In this document: in pieces, positions 47,064 to 60,493 of the stretch
Numbering within the stretch: position 1 is the stretch's first letter
Layout: every line of letters starts with the position of its first letter
NCBI GenBank assembly: GCA_047495785.1
Contig: JBLDXI010000016.1
Location: 1 to 64,000, forward strand
Source of the DNA: Lepidodermella squamata
Lineage: Eukaryota > Animalia > Gastrotricha
Direction of reading: 5' to 3'
DNA length: 64,000 nt
Notes under the pieces: generated by a model
The model's database searches: none
What the model saw: the letters and a program-made list of their open reading frames with translations, nothing else
What the model was told of the DNA's origin: nothing
Position numbers and translations under genes: made by a program

Positions 47064-49008
47064 ATGATGATTTTATGAACCCCGGTGAATTTTTTAATAA
47101 AATGGTAGTTTTCATTTGACAAGAAAATGAATTGCGCGTTTTTTTATTGCGTGATTGTGCGAGGTCAATCAAATGAAAATGGGGGTTTACGCATATTTAT
47201 TTAATTGTGCGCCAGTTTTTTTCAGGTCACACACACTTGATGATCATTGAGTGATGTAACGGTGAGTTCCATCAAATATTACCCGGGCCACTCTCTTGTT
47301 CTCGTCTCTCTATACTCAAGCCTTACAGTGATAGCATAACGATGCATTGAAATGTAGCATAATTTATATAGTATTCGCCTCACCTTGCGTTAATTTTTTA
47401 TAATATTATACTACTACTGTCATGCTGAAACGCGCGCGTACTCAAAGCATTAGCATTATATTATAAGTGTAGTAGTAATTTTAATACATGCATATATAAA
47501 ACCTTAGCGCGACGCGAACTATTCATCACATGGCATATTATAAGTACGGCAGGGTCTGAATCATCGTAAAATTATGTCGCCCGTAAAAAGCTGCCAGCAG
47601 GAAAGCGGCAGAGCAGCGACAACTTGGTTGTGAAAAGCCCATCAGAGTCAGTTAAAATATTACACCATAATTCTTATTATTCTAGTGCTTATTCAGTCAC
47701 CTGTAAATGCATCAATTCATCATCATCAGCTCATAGGCAAATTGTTCGAATATTCATTATTTACATAGGATATTTACAGAAATATACTTATATTTCGAGA
47801 TTTTTTTTTAATTTCGCTTACTATTATTCGATTGCTTTAGCCTGCCTTGTTACGATGTTAAAAATTCCTCTCCCACCGGTTCATCAGGAAATGGAAAAGG
47901 TATAACATAGCTAATAATGCTTAGGTCAATCAAAATTGAATTTTCTTTTAATATAGTTTATATTTGAAATTATATTAATTCTGTCTCAATATAATCTCAT
48001 AATGCACAGGACCAAAAATAAAGTCCTATATCATTCCATCACCTTTGACCGAGGTTGAACGAATCGTCTTTCGCACAGAGGCAATAGCTTAAGTTGTTTG
48101 AATCATAAATTTAGGTAATTTGAATTTCTTCTCAAAGATAGTTAGATTATAGCCACCCAGTCACCGTTGCCTGACCAGAGGGGGAATTGCTAAAAAAAAA
48201 TAGCTCTATCCTTAGCGTGCATCCGAGGAAAGAAGTAGGCAGAATTCCAAGCTGCTATATGATCTAAAAAAGCTAGCTCAGCCTTCATCCTGCCTAAATT
48301 TTCGATTAAGTATTACTCAAAATTTATCGGTAAAATTTCTCCTCGTTCCTCTGCAAAATTTGAGAAAGTAAGCTGACAATTATGCTGTTGAATGGGAAAA
48401 TATAAATTCATTTTTCCTGCAGTTTTTTAAATAATTTCAAATTTTGTTCAAAGATATCGCAAGACAATTGTTCGCCGTTTTTATTTCCTAATTACTTGGT
48501 TTAGAATTGTACCTTTAAATAATTAGAGATTTTTCTGAGGGTGAAGGGCCTATTTTTAAAGTAGAAGCAGCAGCAATGCACTTATATGGTCATCTTTGTT
48601 ACCTGATCAAATTTTTTCATTGAAAGTTTTTCCAGCCCAATTTTTCTCTGCTGCTACAGACGTGCTGCAGCCGGTGCCAGCAGCAGCACCTTTTAAGCTT
48701 CTTTACATTCAAGCGTCATTATACACACAGTTTTTTCTGCTATTCATGTGCTACCTGATACTTACTACAACACCAGAAAAAAACTACAATATTATTTCTA
48801 CCAACGAACAACATTTTTTTCAAACACTCTAAAATAACATGCTGAATTTTCTGTATTTTTAGGAATTTTTTTAAATTAACATGAAAATTCTGCTGAAAAA
48901 TTTGAAATTATTCTCATGACAAGAGCTGATTTTTGTATCACCCTGACATTATTATTTCACTGCTCAAAGATCGAACGAAAAATTAACCGGTGCGCGTAAT
49001 AATTAACG

Positions 49009-52000
49009 ATGACATCACTTATTCTTTCAATCGTCCTAATTTTCACCTCAATTTTCGCGTTCAACACCGCCGAATATTTCTCACGAGACGGCGACATCAC
49101 AATAGGCGTTGTCCTGCCTATCCACGACGTCGAGGGCGTTAACAAAGGCATCGCCGGACCGGCTAAGGCCATTGTCTCGAATGGAACCGTCTGCACTGGC
49201 CCGTTGATAGGCACGCGCGCCTTTTTGGTGCCCCAATTTCGCCGGCTGATTGATGAAATTAATGCGGATGCGCGCATTTTAGGTGGCTATAAGCTCGGCT
49301 ATGAGATTGTTGATACTTGCTCGTCGCCGAATGCGGCTGCGGCGCAGGCGACGCGGTGGATGGCGGCCAAGGTGGATATTGATGCGAATAATTTCACTCT
49401 GCCGGCTGGATTCAAGGCTAGGCCGATGCCGTTTGTCCTAGGCGGGTATACCAGCGATATTTCACTGCCACTCGCGTCTATGCTCAATCAGGTAAACATG
49501 TCGGGATTTTCCTGGAATTGAATGCCTTAAAGAACTCAATTCAACCGAGTCTACCCTAAATTTAGCCTATTTTTCATCGATTTACAACCCCATTTGATTG
49601 GGGGAAAATTATTAAAATTATTAGAATTCCTGTAACAAGTTTGGAAAATCATGAATCCAAAATAAATTGGGAAAAAATTTGTAAACGAGATTTGCAGTGA
49701 ATTTTCAATGCTTTAATTCCTAAATCTATCGCAAAATTCGAAATAAGAATAAAATTATATTTTTATCAAAAATATTGCTTTGATATTCTCTCAATTTCGG
49801 GAAAATAGGATCAATATCGCTCAAAACGGGAACAAATTTAACAAAAAAGACTTTCATAACCTTGATAAGGTGTCAATGGGAATTTTCAGGGAATGAATAA
49901 GGAATCGAAGCCTAATGGAACAATATTTTCCTTTCTTCAAAATTCGGGAACGTCGAGATTCATTAACGTAATATCCAAATTAGGAATCGGGATACCATTT
50001 GGTCCTACCTGACGGTTGAGGGTTCAACTGAGAAAATGTGAAGTATTTATTGAAAATATTCGAAAATTGCCCTTTATAATGGTTCGTTTCGATGTCAAAT
50101 TTCGAAATTTAGATTTTATTCCGCTTAATATGCGACTCGATCAGGAATAGCCCTTGGGAGCTCATTAAATTAATGGTGAAAATGCCAATAATTACTGAGA
50201 AATTTAGACAATTTTCTAATTAATTATTTTAAACGGGAAACGAGAAAATAAGCGCACCTCATTGTTTCAGAGGAGAAACATTATATTCAGAGATAAGGGG
50301 CGGTTTTGGAATTCAATTTAACTATCATTTAATTAGCTAGAGATCTTGATTTTTTATTGTTCATTTTTCCTAATATTTGTGTCAATTTCAGGTTGAGATT
50401 CCGATGATAGGATTTGCTGCTACAACGCCGTTGCTAAGCAACCGCGTCGCGTTCCCACTCTACGCCCGAACGTCGGCCAGCCATCGGTTCCAAGCCACCG
50501 CCATTCGGTCAATCATGTTCCAATACTTCCGCTGGAACTGCTCGCACATCATCTACAGCGAGGGTGTCTACGGCGAGACGGGCGCGGACGCCCTGCGATC
50601 AGAATTCGACAACAACGGCATTTGTAGAACAAGCGACGTAAAAGCCCCGTCTGGCCCACGTTCCGACCCGACTGCTGTGTCGAAATTGCGAGACATTGTC
50701 GAGACAATAACGGCGAGGCAACCCACATCGCCGATTATTGTCTGCTTTTGCGACGAAGGCACCATGGCTAATTTGTTAATAGCCCTTCGAGATGCTTATC
50801 AAAGGCAGACCAGGGATAAAAGGTTCAGGTTCATTGTTATGGGAACCGATGCTTGGGGCATTACGCTGCCGTTGGATGATGTCCAGTCTTCAGCCAACGG
50901 TGCTATTACAATAAGACCAGGTAAAAATATCTAATTTTCAATCTCTTGAAAAATCTTCAAAAAATCTTCAAAAAAATCTTCAGAAAATGTTTTTTACGAT
51001 TGCAGTAACCTTAGTTTCAGAAAAAGATGCTGATGAAGCTCAAGCACGTTGGGAACCCTTGTTCATCCTGCGTATATCCCACTACCCAACGTCATCTAAT
51101 ACACTATCTAAATACAAGTATTATATAGTATAAGTCTCGATATGTGATAAGTTTACAAAATGACGAAATTCCCTTAACTTTCACCTTAGTTTCCTTGTTA
51201 TAGTGGTCAAAACCTGCTACGTTTCTGCACCTATATTTATACATTTTCACATGGCACCAAAACTTTATACTGTTTAATCATGTGTTTAAACACGTGTGTT
51301 TTTACAGACTGTTTATACAAGTGCAACTCTGTTTATTGTTCAATAATTTCCTACTTTCTTTTCCAATTTTTTCAAATTTTCAATACCTAATCTTTTAAAT
51401 TCTAAATAATTGTTTCAAATTTTGAGAAAATTGCGAATTTTCCCATTTTTCATGAACTTTCCCTAATTTTCGAACTCTGAAGTCAGACATTTCTGCTTTT
51501 CAATTCAGGTGCAGGCGAAGTGCCAAATTACGCTGAATGGGTGTCTGCGAATTTGCAATCGATTATCAGCCCAGATAACGCCGATCCTTGGATTCCTTAC
51601 TTCCTGCAAGAACGCTACAACCTATCACCACTTCAATACGAACAACAGCGTACCGCTTTGAAATTAGACCCGAAAGATGTGCCAAAAGACGACACCCTTC
51701 TGCTAATGACAATAGCCCTAAAAGCTGGAGTTTACGCCTTGAAGGCAGTTTTAGACTCTAATTGCCCGTTGTTGAGACCTGGGGCTAGTTTGAAGGAAAG
51801 GTGTGGCGCGACTTATGCGCGATATGTCTACAGCGGCAAACAGTTGTATGCCAATTTGAATGGGTCAATCTCGAATTTGCCGCCTAATGAGCGGCTGTAC
51901 TTCTTGGATAACATGGACGGCCAGCCTGTTTACGACTACTACTATTACAGGTAAGTATTTTGCCGGAAATAATAAATTGCATTATTTGAATTACAATGGA

Positions 52001-54144
52001 GGTTGCATGTGAGGAGGGGTATAAGTGAATCGCAACTTCAGCTCGTGAGAAGCCCAAATAAGAGATAAGAGATCCTATATCCATTATATACCTTGGGAAC
52101 CTTCCGTAGACCCTTTGACCTTCGGGGCCTTTTGGGGCCTCTTGATCTTTCGGGGATCCTCTGGACCTCTTGAATTTTCTGATTCTCCAGGGACCTTCTA
52201 TTCGTCGAAAAACATCCTTTTCGAGGAACCTAATACCTAATTCGTAAACTGATAAGCCTCAACATTCACAGCAGCTGTGTAGTATGTAGAACTACATCAC
52301 TTCGTTTTTCAGGTCTTCCCTCGGTTATCAAAAAATCGGCGAGTACAAGCCAGAATACCGCGGATTCGCCAAGACCTCCCAAGTTGCTGAGGACGCTCAA
52401 AACTGGCCAGATTCCGGTTTACCTATCATCGGAACCTGCCCAACCTCAGCCACAAATAAGCCCGACCCAAGGCAGCCAACAATCGGCAACTCCTGCCCAT
52501 CTATCTACTACTACCCGAACCAGGAACTTATCACCGACAACAAAACCCTTCAAATCTCATGCGCCTATTACTGCCGGGAGAACCAAATCAGAACAATATG
52601 CAACAGCACCCCATCGGCGATCATCACAGCCGCGACCTTGCCTACAACTACAACAATAGCTTCAATCCTAAGTACCACCATAGACCAAAGCGGGAAAAAT
52701 ACCGTAACTGGTCTTGCAGTGGTCCTAGCCATTGTAGGATGCGCCTTGGCAGTTTGTCTAGGATTCCTGATCTTCGCAATCGTGAAGTGTCGAAGGTACC
52801 GCAAGCAATTGAGAGAGGCGCAAAGGGTCCCGGTAAAGGTCCCTGCGCCTAGTGAGATCGCCTCGGAGAAGTCGTTCAACCCCTACACCCAGGGCAGGAA
52901 CGGAGCTTATGCCGCAATGTTCCCCAACTCAACAACGTCAAGTTTAACCTACGCCAAACGATACCCGGGCAATAACGGCATCGAATTTTCTGACCTGCAG
53001 CCGGTTTTGATGGAAAAATCACTTCAGGACGAGTTGTACCTAGTGCCTCAGTCGAAAAGTGCCTCGCAGGCGTCTCAAACCGCTAGAATTCGTAGGATTA
53101 TCACGTCTTTAGGTGGAACTGAAGAATTCGTCCGGATGACCGAGCAATTTTTCGTCCCGAATGATCAGCTGATTTGGGGCGAAGCTTTCGCAGATGGCAA
53201 GTTCGGTTTTGTCTACCATGGGACTCTGAAGAAACCTATGCCCGAAGGCAGCAGTAAGGACCCAGCATTGCAGGACCTTCCCGTTGCGATTAAGGTGCTG
53301 AAATCTCGAGACGGCGAGGATTTGTTGGATTTCTTGAAAGAGGCCTACCTCATGCAGGCGTTTCATCACCCGAATGTTATGGAATTGCTAGGCATTTCGC
53401 TGCTTTTCGACCAGCCGCATATTGTTGTGCCACTTATGACTAACGGCAACCTGAGGGATTTTGTTAGACAGTATTTCACGAGTATCAGCGATGAGCGTCT
53501 GCTCAATTTTTGCCTTCAGGTAACCGGTTCATCTACTTTTTCCGAAAATTTATATATTCTTGGGGTTTAGGTTGCAATAGGAATGGAGTATCTATCTCGA
53601 AACAAGTTTATTCACCGCGATTTAGCGGCTCGCAACGTTCTCGTTGATTCTGAGGGTCTGCTGAAAATCGCCGATTTTGGCATGTCCCGGCACCTGCAAC
53701 AGTCCGACTACTACAAACCGGTAACCATGGACCGGCCACTGCCCATTCGTTGGCACCCGCCAGAATCGCTCCAAATGCGAACCTTCGACGAAAGGTCCGA
53801 CGTCTGGTCGTTTGGCGTTGTTATGTGGGAAGTGTATTCTGGCGGGCAGCAGCCGTACGGCGGATTGTCCAATAATGAGGTCATCGAACACTTGGCAGCT
53901 GGGAATCGGCTGCCAAAGCCTGAGCGGTGCTCGGAGGAAATGTCAGTAATTTTTCTATAAATTGAGACTTTTCTGATTCGATTTGTGCAGATATCACGAT
54001 GTGATGATGAGGTGCTGGCAAACAGCCATCAGTGAACGGCCGTCATTCGCGCAATTGATACAATGGCTCAATACGATATCGTCGAACATGCAAGAGGCCG
54101 GGGCTGGAACTGACAACTTGGCATTTGCTGGCAGCAGTGTTTAG
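49009..54144 (+). CDS. Venus-flytrap receptor tyrosine kinase (VKR-like), 6 exons, ~1061 aa
   Basis: Exons 49009-49491, 50392-50920, 51509-51950, 52313-53519, 53571-53941, 53991-54144 join in frame. mGluR-like GDITIG..LPIH / IDEIN...LGYEIVDTC; single TM; VAIK, HRDLAARN, DFG, SDVWSFG. Confidence 0.88.
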
Positions 54145-55348
54145 CATTCTCGCCTATTCAGGCAGCTGATATTCAATTATTTTTTATACCTTTTCTCGAC
54201 TCATCTTCCTTGGTAAAAATTGTGCTTTAATTGTTCGCTAGAAAATTATCTTGCAAATAACTGATTTATGCCACTTGAATGCTGTAAATACGGCGAATGA
54301 TCAAATTATGTACCGAAGTATTCATTTTCAAAGTGAATTTTGGAACCGATGATAAATGCGTTTTCTATTTTCTATGTAACTTTAGCTATGCCTGCAAATG
54401 TCGAAGTGAATTAACTTCGAATTTTACTTACATATTAAATCGCTTCACGTGAATGCTTGCGTGAGTCGAGTATAACATTAACTGACACATGTGTATTTTT
54501 CAAAGGCTTTTTTACAAGTAAAAGACAGACGGACAACTTTTGTATGTCTGTAAAATTTGAATACATATCATGCCATGCCGTTATTACAAGGTTTGGCTCG
54601 GGTTTACCCTACTGTTACCCGGAAGTGATAAAAGTGATAAATTTCCTTTCCATCGCACAGAAATGTTCCGCTAATTAGCAAGAATTCTGGACACACCCAG
54701 ACATGGCGGAAAATTATGAACCTACAATCTTTCATTTTATTGCTTCTCTATCTTTGTTGTCTGAGGGCTGACGTGAGTAGAATCTTTTGCTGCTGTATTT
54801 TGAAATCCTTAACATCGCTTGCATGTCTGGGTTGGTAAGCTGGAAAGTTAGCAAGTTGGAAGCGGCTAGTACAAAAGCTTTATAAATGGTTAAGGTATTC
54901 ATTAACAGCCTTCCTCATCTTGCCTCTTGCGACTTGGTTTCAATAAGAAATGGAGCGAAGTAGCAGACTTCGAACACAGTTTTGATTGCTTTTATGGATC
55001 GCAATTATTTGTAATTTGTTAGTCAAATCCGAGGAATTAAGGGAAGTGATGAACTATAGATTTAGTATGGTACGCTGTCACCAATAAATTATAGGGTTGT
55101 AACATCTTTGTAAGACGACTCAGATCCATGACTTCCTGTTACCGTGAAAGATCATTTTTTTAATCTCACGGAATAGTTGAAGATTATACTTGCTCGACTT
55201 TGTATAAAACATATCATGCTATGAAACGCATGTGTGACTAAAGAAGCAGTATAAAATTAGAACAAGTAGTAGGTTCAAACATATCAACGCTACAGCAGCA
55301 TTAACACTCTTTGAAGGCCTTCCATTTCTGCATGTCACACGAAGAAAA

Positions 55349-58123
55349 ATGCTCGGTTTGATTTGCATATCCTTCTGCTTACATTCAGTCGTAGCACAGA
55401 TAAGTTCCGATGAGGATCAAATTGTAATAAGCCCACCTCAAATTACCTATTTTGGTGACCGCGGCACTTGGGAAATGTGTCCAGCTGGCACTTACGTTAC
55501 TGGTTATAACCAGAAAGTCGAGCCCTTTCAGGATTCGTTCGACGATACCGCGCTTAATGGCATCAACTTGTTCTGCAGTTCCTTAAACACGACAAGCAGT
55601 TCCAGTACGACCATTTCATCGTCAGTTGGTCCGTTTGGCTTCTGGGGCTCTAGTGTTTATTGCTCAAGAAGTTATGCGATTGGATTCGAATTGAAAGTTG
55701 AGCCACCACAAGGTTCGGACGACGACACAGCAGCGAACGGCCTAAATCTCATTTGCGGAGATGGAGTTACCATTAAGGCATCGAATACAATGAGATTTGG
55801 TGGCTGGTCAGATCAGGTTCGCTGCAGAAATGGCTACGCAATTTGTGGAATCTCAACACAGGTGGAGCGTGACAAAGGATTAGGTGAGAAACTTTCAGTT
55901 CATATGGGAAAAATCAATCAAGATCCAAGCTTATTTTGAATAAATCATTAGGTAGATGCGCTAATCTCGCTATAGGACAAATGAGACTGGGCAAACGATT
56001 TCGGCACTATCTCTATCTTTCCTTGCCATTTGAAGATCATGTCTTGTGTAATAATGGCCTTGCCTAGGCTGTTGCCGTCTGAAACGGCTGGGATGATAGA
56101 AATCAGGCCGAAATCGCCTGGCATGATTCAAATACTCATATTTCATGCTTCATGCGTGCCATAATTAAGGGAGATTTGTCTAAAGTTTTGTCCAGAGCTG
56201 AAAAACCTGTAGGGTTTCCTTCGCACTGATTTTGTAATTTCCTACTAAACTACCATCTCCTCCAATTTTTGACTGTGTCCTAAGCCAAAATTGCCAACTT
56301 TTCTTAAAATTTCCTACGCACCTGGTGCGTCACTTCTGCATGTTTTCCAGCTCTGGTTTTGTCACTATCCTCTTACTTTTAAACTTTTTAAATCCTGTGT
56401 GACGGTCAAGAGGAGAATCAAAACCTTGAAATCTGCCTATTTTTCAGGCGACGACACTGCGCTAAATCATGTATGGATGAAGTGTTGTAAATTGCCTGCA
56501 GAAAGGCCGTGCGAGCGAGGTTCGGACAAATTCGAAGAAGTCTTAACTTGCTCGAATTCCGACCAGTCCGATATCGAGGTGAAGTGCACACACTGTGCTA
56601 CTGTCGGCGTGGATCGAGGAACAGAAGATTCACGCGGCAACTTTGAGTCAAACACGAGAGATATCGGAATCTCAGGCGGCGCTGAGGTCAATTTCGGTGT
56701 GATCAAAGCGACCCTTGGATCAACTGTCGGATTGAGCTCAACAACAGGCTTTGACTGGCGCACTACAAGTAGCACCTTTTTTCGGGAGGAAACGACTCAA
56801 CAGGTCGAAGCATCGGTCCCGTTTGGCTTCGAAATTAAAATTCTCCAATTGGTCGGTATCTGCGGGCCTATTGAGGTTCGAATTCCGCATTTCACTGTTA
56901 AAGCATGTTGTGTCATGTCCAATCCAGGTCAGATTATTGAGGTCAAGTAGGAAAAGCACATGGCCGCTACTCACCACGTGGCAGCTGGGCTGGTCGAGCT
57001 TCGCCATTATGGTCATTATGTTTTATGGCTGTGTTTAATAAATTGCTTTTCTTGATCACATGGATTTAATGTTGCTATATTGATAGGGGATCTTTTACGA
57101 TTAAATAAAATACAAGAAGATTGTCAATCGGTCTTTTGTTAAACACAACAAAGCAAAATGCATTCAAAATGTGCATGGTAACTGCGAAGCTTCGGTCTCT
57201 GGCTCGAATATCAAAGAAATGATAAAAACTGCGATTTCAATGACTGACATCGACGATTCAGACACCCCACCACCTCCGCCCCGCCTCAAAAATCCGCCTA
57301 CTACAACCACCATACGTGCTACTGACAGAAGGAATTACGAGATATTACGCGACACCCGATGCATCGGAGGAGACGCTATCGGGGAAATGACGACTGACCG
57401 GAGGCGATGCGAGGCCATTTGCGATTCTACTCCAGATTGTGCCGGATATAATGTGGAGCAAGAAACAGACCGCTGCAGCAGTCGAGGGGGCAGCTGTCGT
57501 GAAACTGCCAACAGCGAGTTTGATTACTATCGGAAAGTGCGACGTCCCAGCCCTACTACTACAACAACAACAACACGGCGAACCACTACGGCTGAGTACA
57601 AGCCAATCAGTATGTTGGCGGATAGAAGGGCGTATGACTTCGTGCGTAACGTCCGTTGCATCGACAGCCCATTGATCGGAGGTTTTGCATACGAAATCAA
57701 ACAGTGCGAGGCTATGTGCGGGGCGGATCCGAATTGCGCTGGCATCAATGTTGAGCGAGATGCTAATCGGTGTATTTGCCGTTCATCGGGTTGCAGGGAA
57801 ATTTCGGATTACGCTTATGATTTTTTCCGAGCAACTCGATCTGCCACTACTACGACTACGACTACTACTGCCCCGCGTTTACCTCTACCACGTGGGTCGA
57901 ACTATGCCTACGAACAGTTGGCGAATTTTCGCTGCGTCGACTCGCCATCATTAGGCGAAGTATTCAGGTCAACCAGGCAATGCGAGAGGATGTATGCAAC
58001 TCATTAGATGATTGTTTTGGCTACAATTTCAGTCGCGATCATGGGGTTTGTATGTCTCGGCAACGCGGTTGTCGGCTGGTTAATGACGACGGCGGTGATT
58101 TCTACCGGAAAATGACCCGCTGA
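55349..58123 (+). pseudogene. VMO1 (beta-prism) + aerolysin-like + 3 PAN/apple-like repeats; disrupted
   Basis: Exon 55349-55883, intron to 56447, three DDTA.N repeats. The frame is broken by the 56906-57150 insertion and by a 2-nt shift at ~57993. Confidence 0.8.
56906..57150. mobile_element. Solo LTR (245 bp)
   Basis: Starts TGTTGTGT and ends ACACAACA; 5-bp TSD AAGCA at 56901-56905 and 57151-57155; internal AATAAA; absent at the same site in the paralog (~60315). Confidence 0.85.
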
Positions 58124-59256
58124 TCATCTTTAAAGTGATACTCCGATTTTTGTAGCTTCCGGTTTTTTCTCGTGTTATGTCTGATTATCGAACTGAAGCA
58201 GAATTTTATTTTCAAAACAAAATGATCTTAAGAAAATAAATAAAATATTGTTCAATGGTGCGATGATTCACGCGCATGTTACTGCTTGTTACTGCTTGCA
58301 CGTTTATGCAGCATGAAGTTTCTTTCGCTTACCTGTTTTGAGAAAAATGAGACCGACTTAGGTAAAGAATCGGAAATGCCGATTGAAGCTAGTAATTCGA
58401 TCTGGGGCGATTCTTATGAGGCGCAATTCTCGAAACGATTGTTGAACATTGTCAAAGCTAGAGGAAGTGATGCTAGCTAATATTTTATATGAAAAATTCT
58501 TCGGCTTAAAAGAGGGTGACCTAATGGGTGTTTCAAAGTCACTTCTTGAATTGTTTGAACTCGCCGAGCTAATGATTTTGAAGCTAGGCGAACCACCTGC
58601 AGCAAACGATCGTTAACTGAATAAATCGGAATAAAGGAATGTGCTCACTGTTGGTTGTCTCTAACATAAGGAAACGGTCTCTGTCAGAGAGCGAAGTGGG
58701 AGCGCCGAACTGGTTGGGATATGCAAAATCGACATAAGGTCTTTGACTGAGTTCACCTTGCAGACCGATTGAACTGATAGGGATGATCCCTACTGTCCCT
58801 AGCGGTACTTCGCTCTCTGGTCTCTGTTTTTTGGCTTGTTTTTCAACAAAAGTTATTGATAATAAAGAATCACACGCTCTGTAATGTGTAAACAAGAAAT
58901 CAAATCGCAGTAAAATTATAATATAAATTATAATATATTCTTCGTGCTTTCTTCTTTGTGCTTGAGTAATTTAGCAGATTTAGTCCTGTCTCATCACAAA
59001 ATTGAAATTGTTGTATGACATATCAGACCCATGACTTCCTGTTACCGTGAAATACGATTTGTTTAATCTTAGGTATGGTTGAAATTTGAGTCAACGACAA
59101 TACGTGCTCGCCTCTGTAAAAACAGATAGGGTATTCGCATGTGTGACTAACTTTAGATCAAGCTGTTGGTGGAAAAAATTCTACTATAAAATGTACTACA
59201 AAATCAACTATAAATACCCAGAAGGCTTTTCATTTCTGCATTCTACAACAAGACAA

Positions 59257-60493
59257 ATGTTTGGTTTAATTTGTTTTTCCTTGTGTGCACATTCGGTATT
59301 AGCACAATACCGATTCGACGAAGATGCTGTTGTAATAAGCCCACCTCAAATTACCAATTTTGGCGACCGCGGCAGCTGGGAAATGTGTCCCTCTGGCACA
59401 TTCGTTGTTGGTTACAGCCAGAAAGTCGAGCCTGCACAGGGTTCAGGCGACGATACCGCGCTTAATGGCATAAAATTGATCTGCAGTTCCCTAAACACGA
59501 CAAGCAGTTCCAGTACGACCATTTCATCGTCAGTTGGCCCGTTTGGTGTTTGGGGCTCTAGTGTTTATTGCCCGGGAAGCTACGCGATCGGATTTGCTTT
59601 GAAAATTGAGCAACCTCGGGGTACGGAGGATGACACCTCGGTAAACGGCATGAAGCTTCTTTGCGGAAATGGAAATATCATTGAAGCCTCGAATACAATG
59701 ATGTTTGGCGGCTGGTCAGATGTGAAAAGCTGCAGAAACGGCTACGCAATTTGTGGTATCTCAACGGAAGTGGAAAGTAACAAAGGAAGCCTAGGTAAGG
59801 AACTCAGATATATAAAATATATTTATCCGAATTTGATATTTGGTCCATCCCTATTTTTCAGGCGACGACACTGCGCTGAATCATGCTTGGATGAAGTGTT
59901 GTAAATTGCCTGCTGCAAGGCCGTGCGAGCGAGGTTCGGACAAATTCGAACAAGTCCTACTTTGCTCGAATCCAGACCAGCCCGGTATCGAGGTGAAATG
60001 CACATACACTGCCACTGTTGGCGTCGAACGAGGAACAGAAGAAGAACGCGGCGGTTCCGAGTCCAACACGAAAGATATCACAATTTCTGGCGGCACCGAG
60101 ATCGATTTCGGTCTAATCAAAGCGACACTTGGAGCAACCGTGGGATTGAGCTCAACAACAGGCTATGACTGGCGTACTACAAGTAGCACCTTTTTTCAGG
60201 AGGCCACGACTCAGCAGATTGAGGCTTCTGTTCCATATGGCCGCGAAGTAAGAATTTTCCAATTGGTCGGCGTTTGCGGGCCATTTGATGTCCGAATTCC
60301 CCATTTTACTGTTAAAGCGAAATGTATTCAAAATATATCTGGAAACTGCGAAGCTACGGTAACTGGCTCAAATGTCGTAGAATTGACAAGGCGTGCGATG
60401 TTTATGGCTGCTTCAACCAGACCTGTTGGATCTGCCAACACGCAACCGCCATTTCGCTTCTCATATCCGACTGCTACATACAGATTTGGGTAA
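59257..60493 (+). CDS. Secreted VMO1 + aerolysin-like protein, 2 exons
   Basis: Exons 59257-59794 and 59862-60493. Signal peptide, DDTALNG/DDTSVNG/DDTALNH repeats and a Ser/Thr-rich beta C-terminal domain. Confidence 0.85.
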
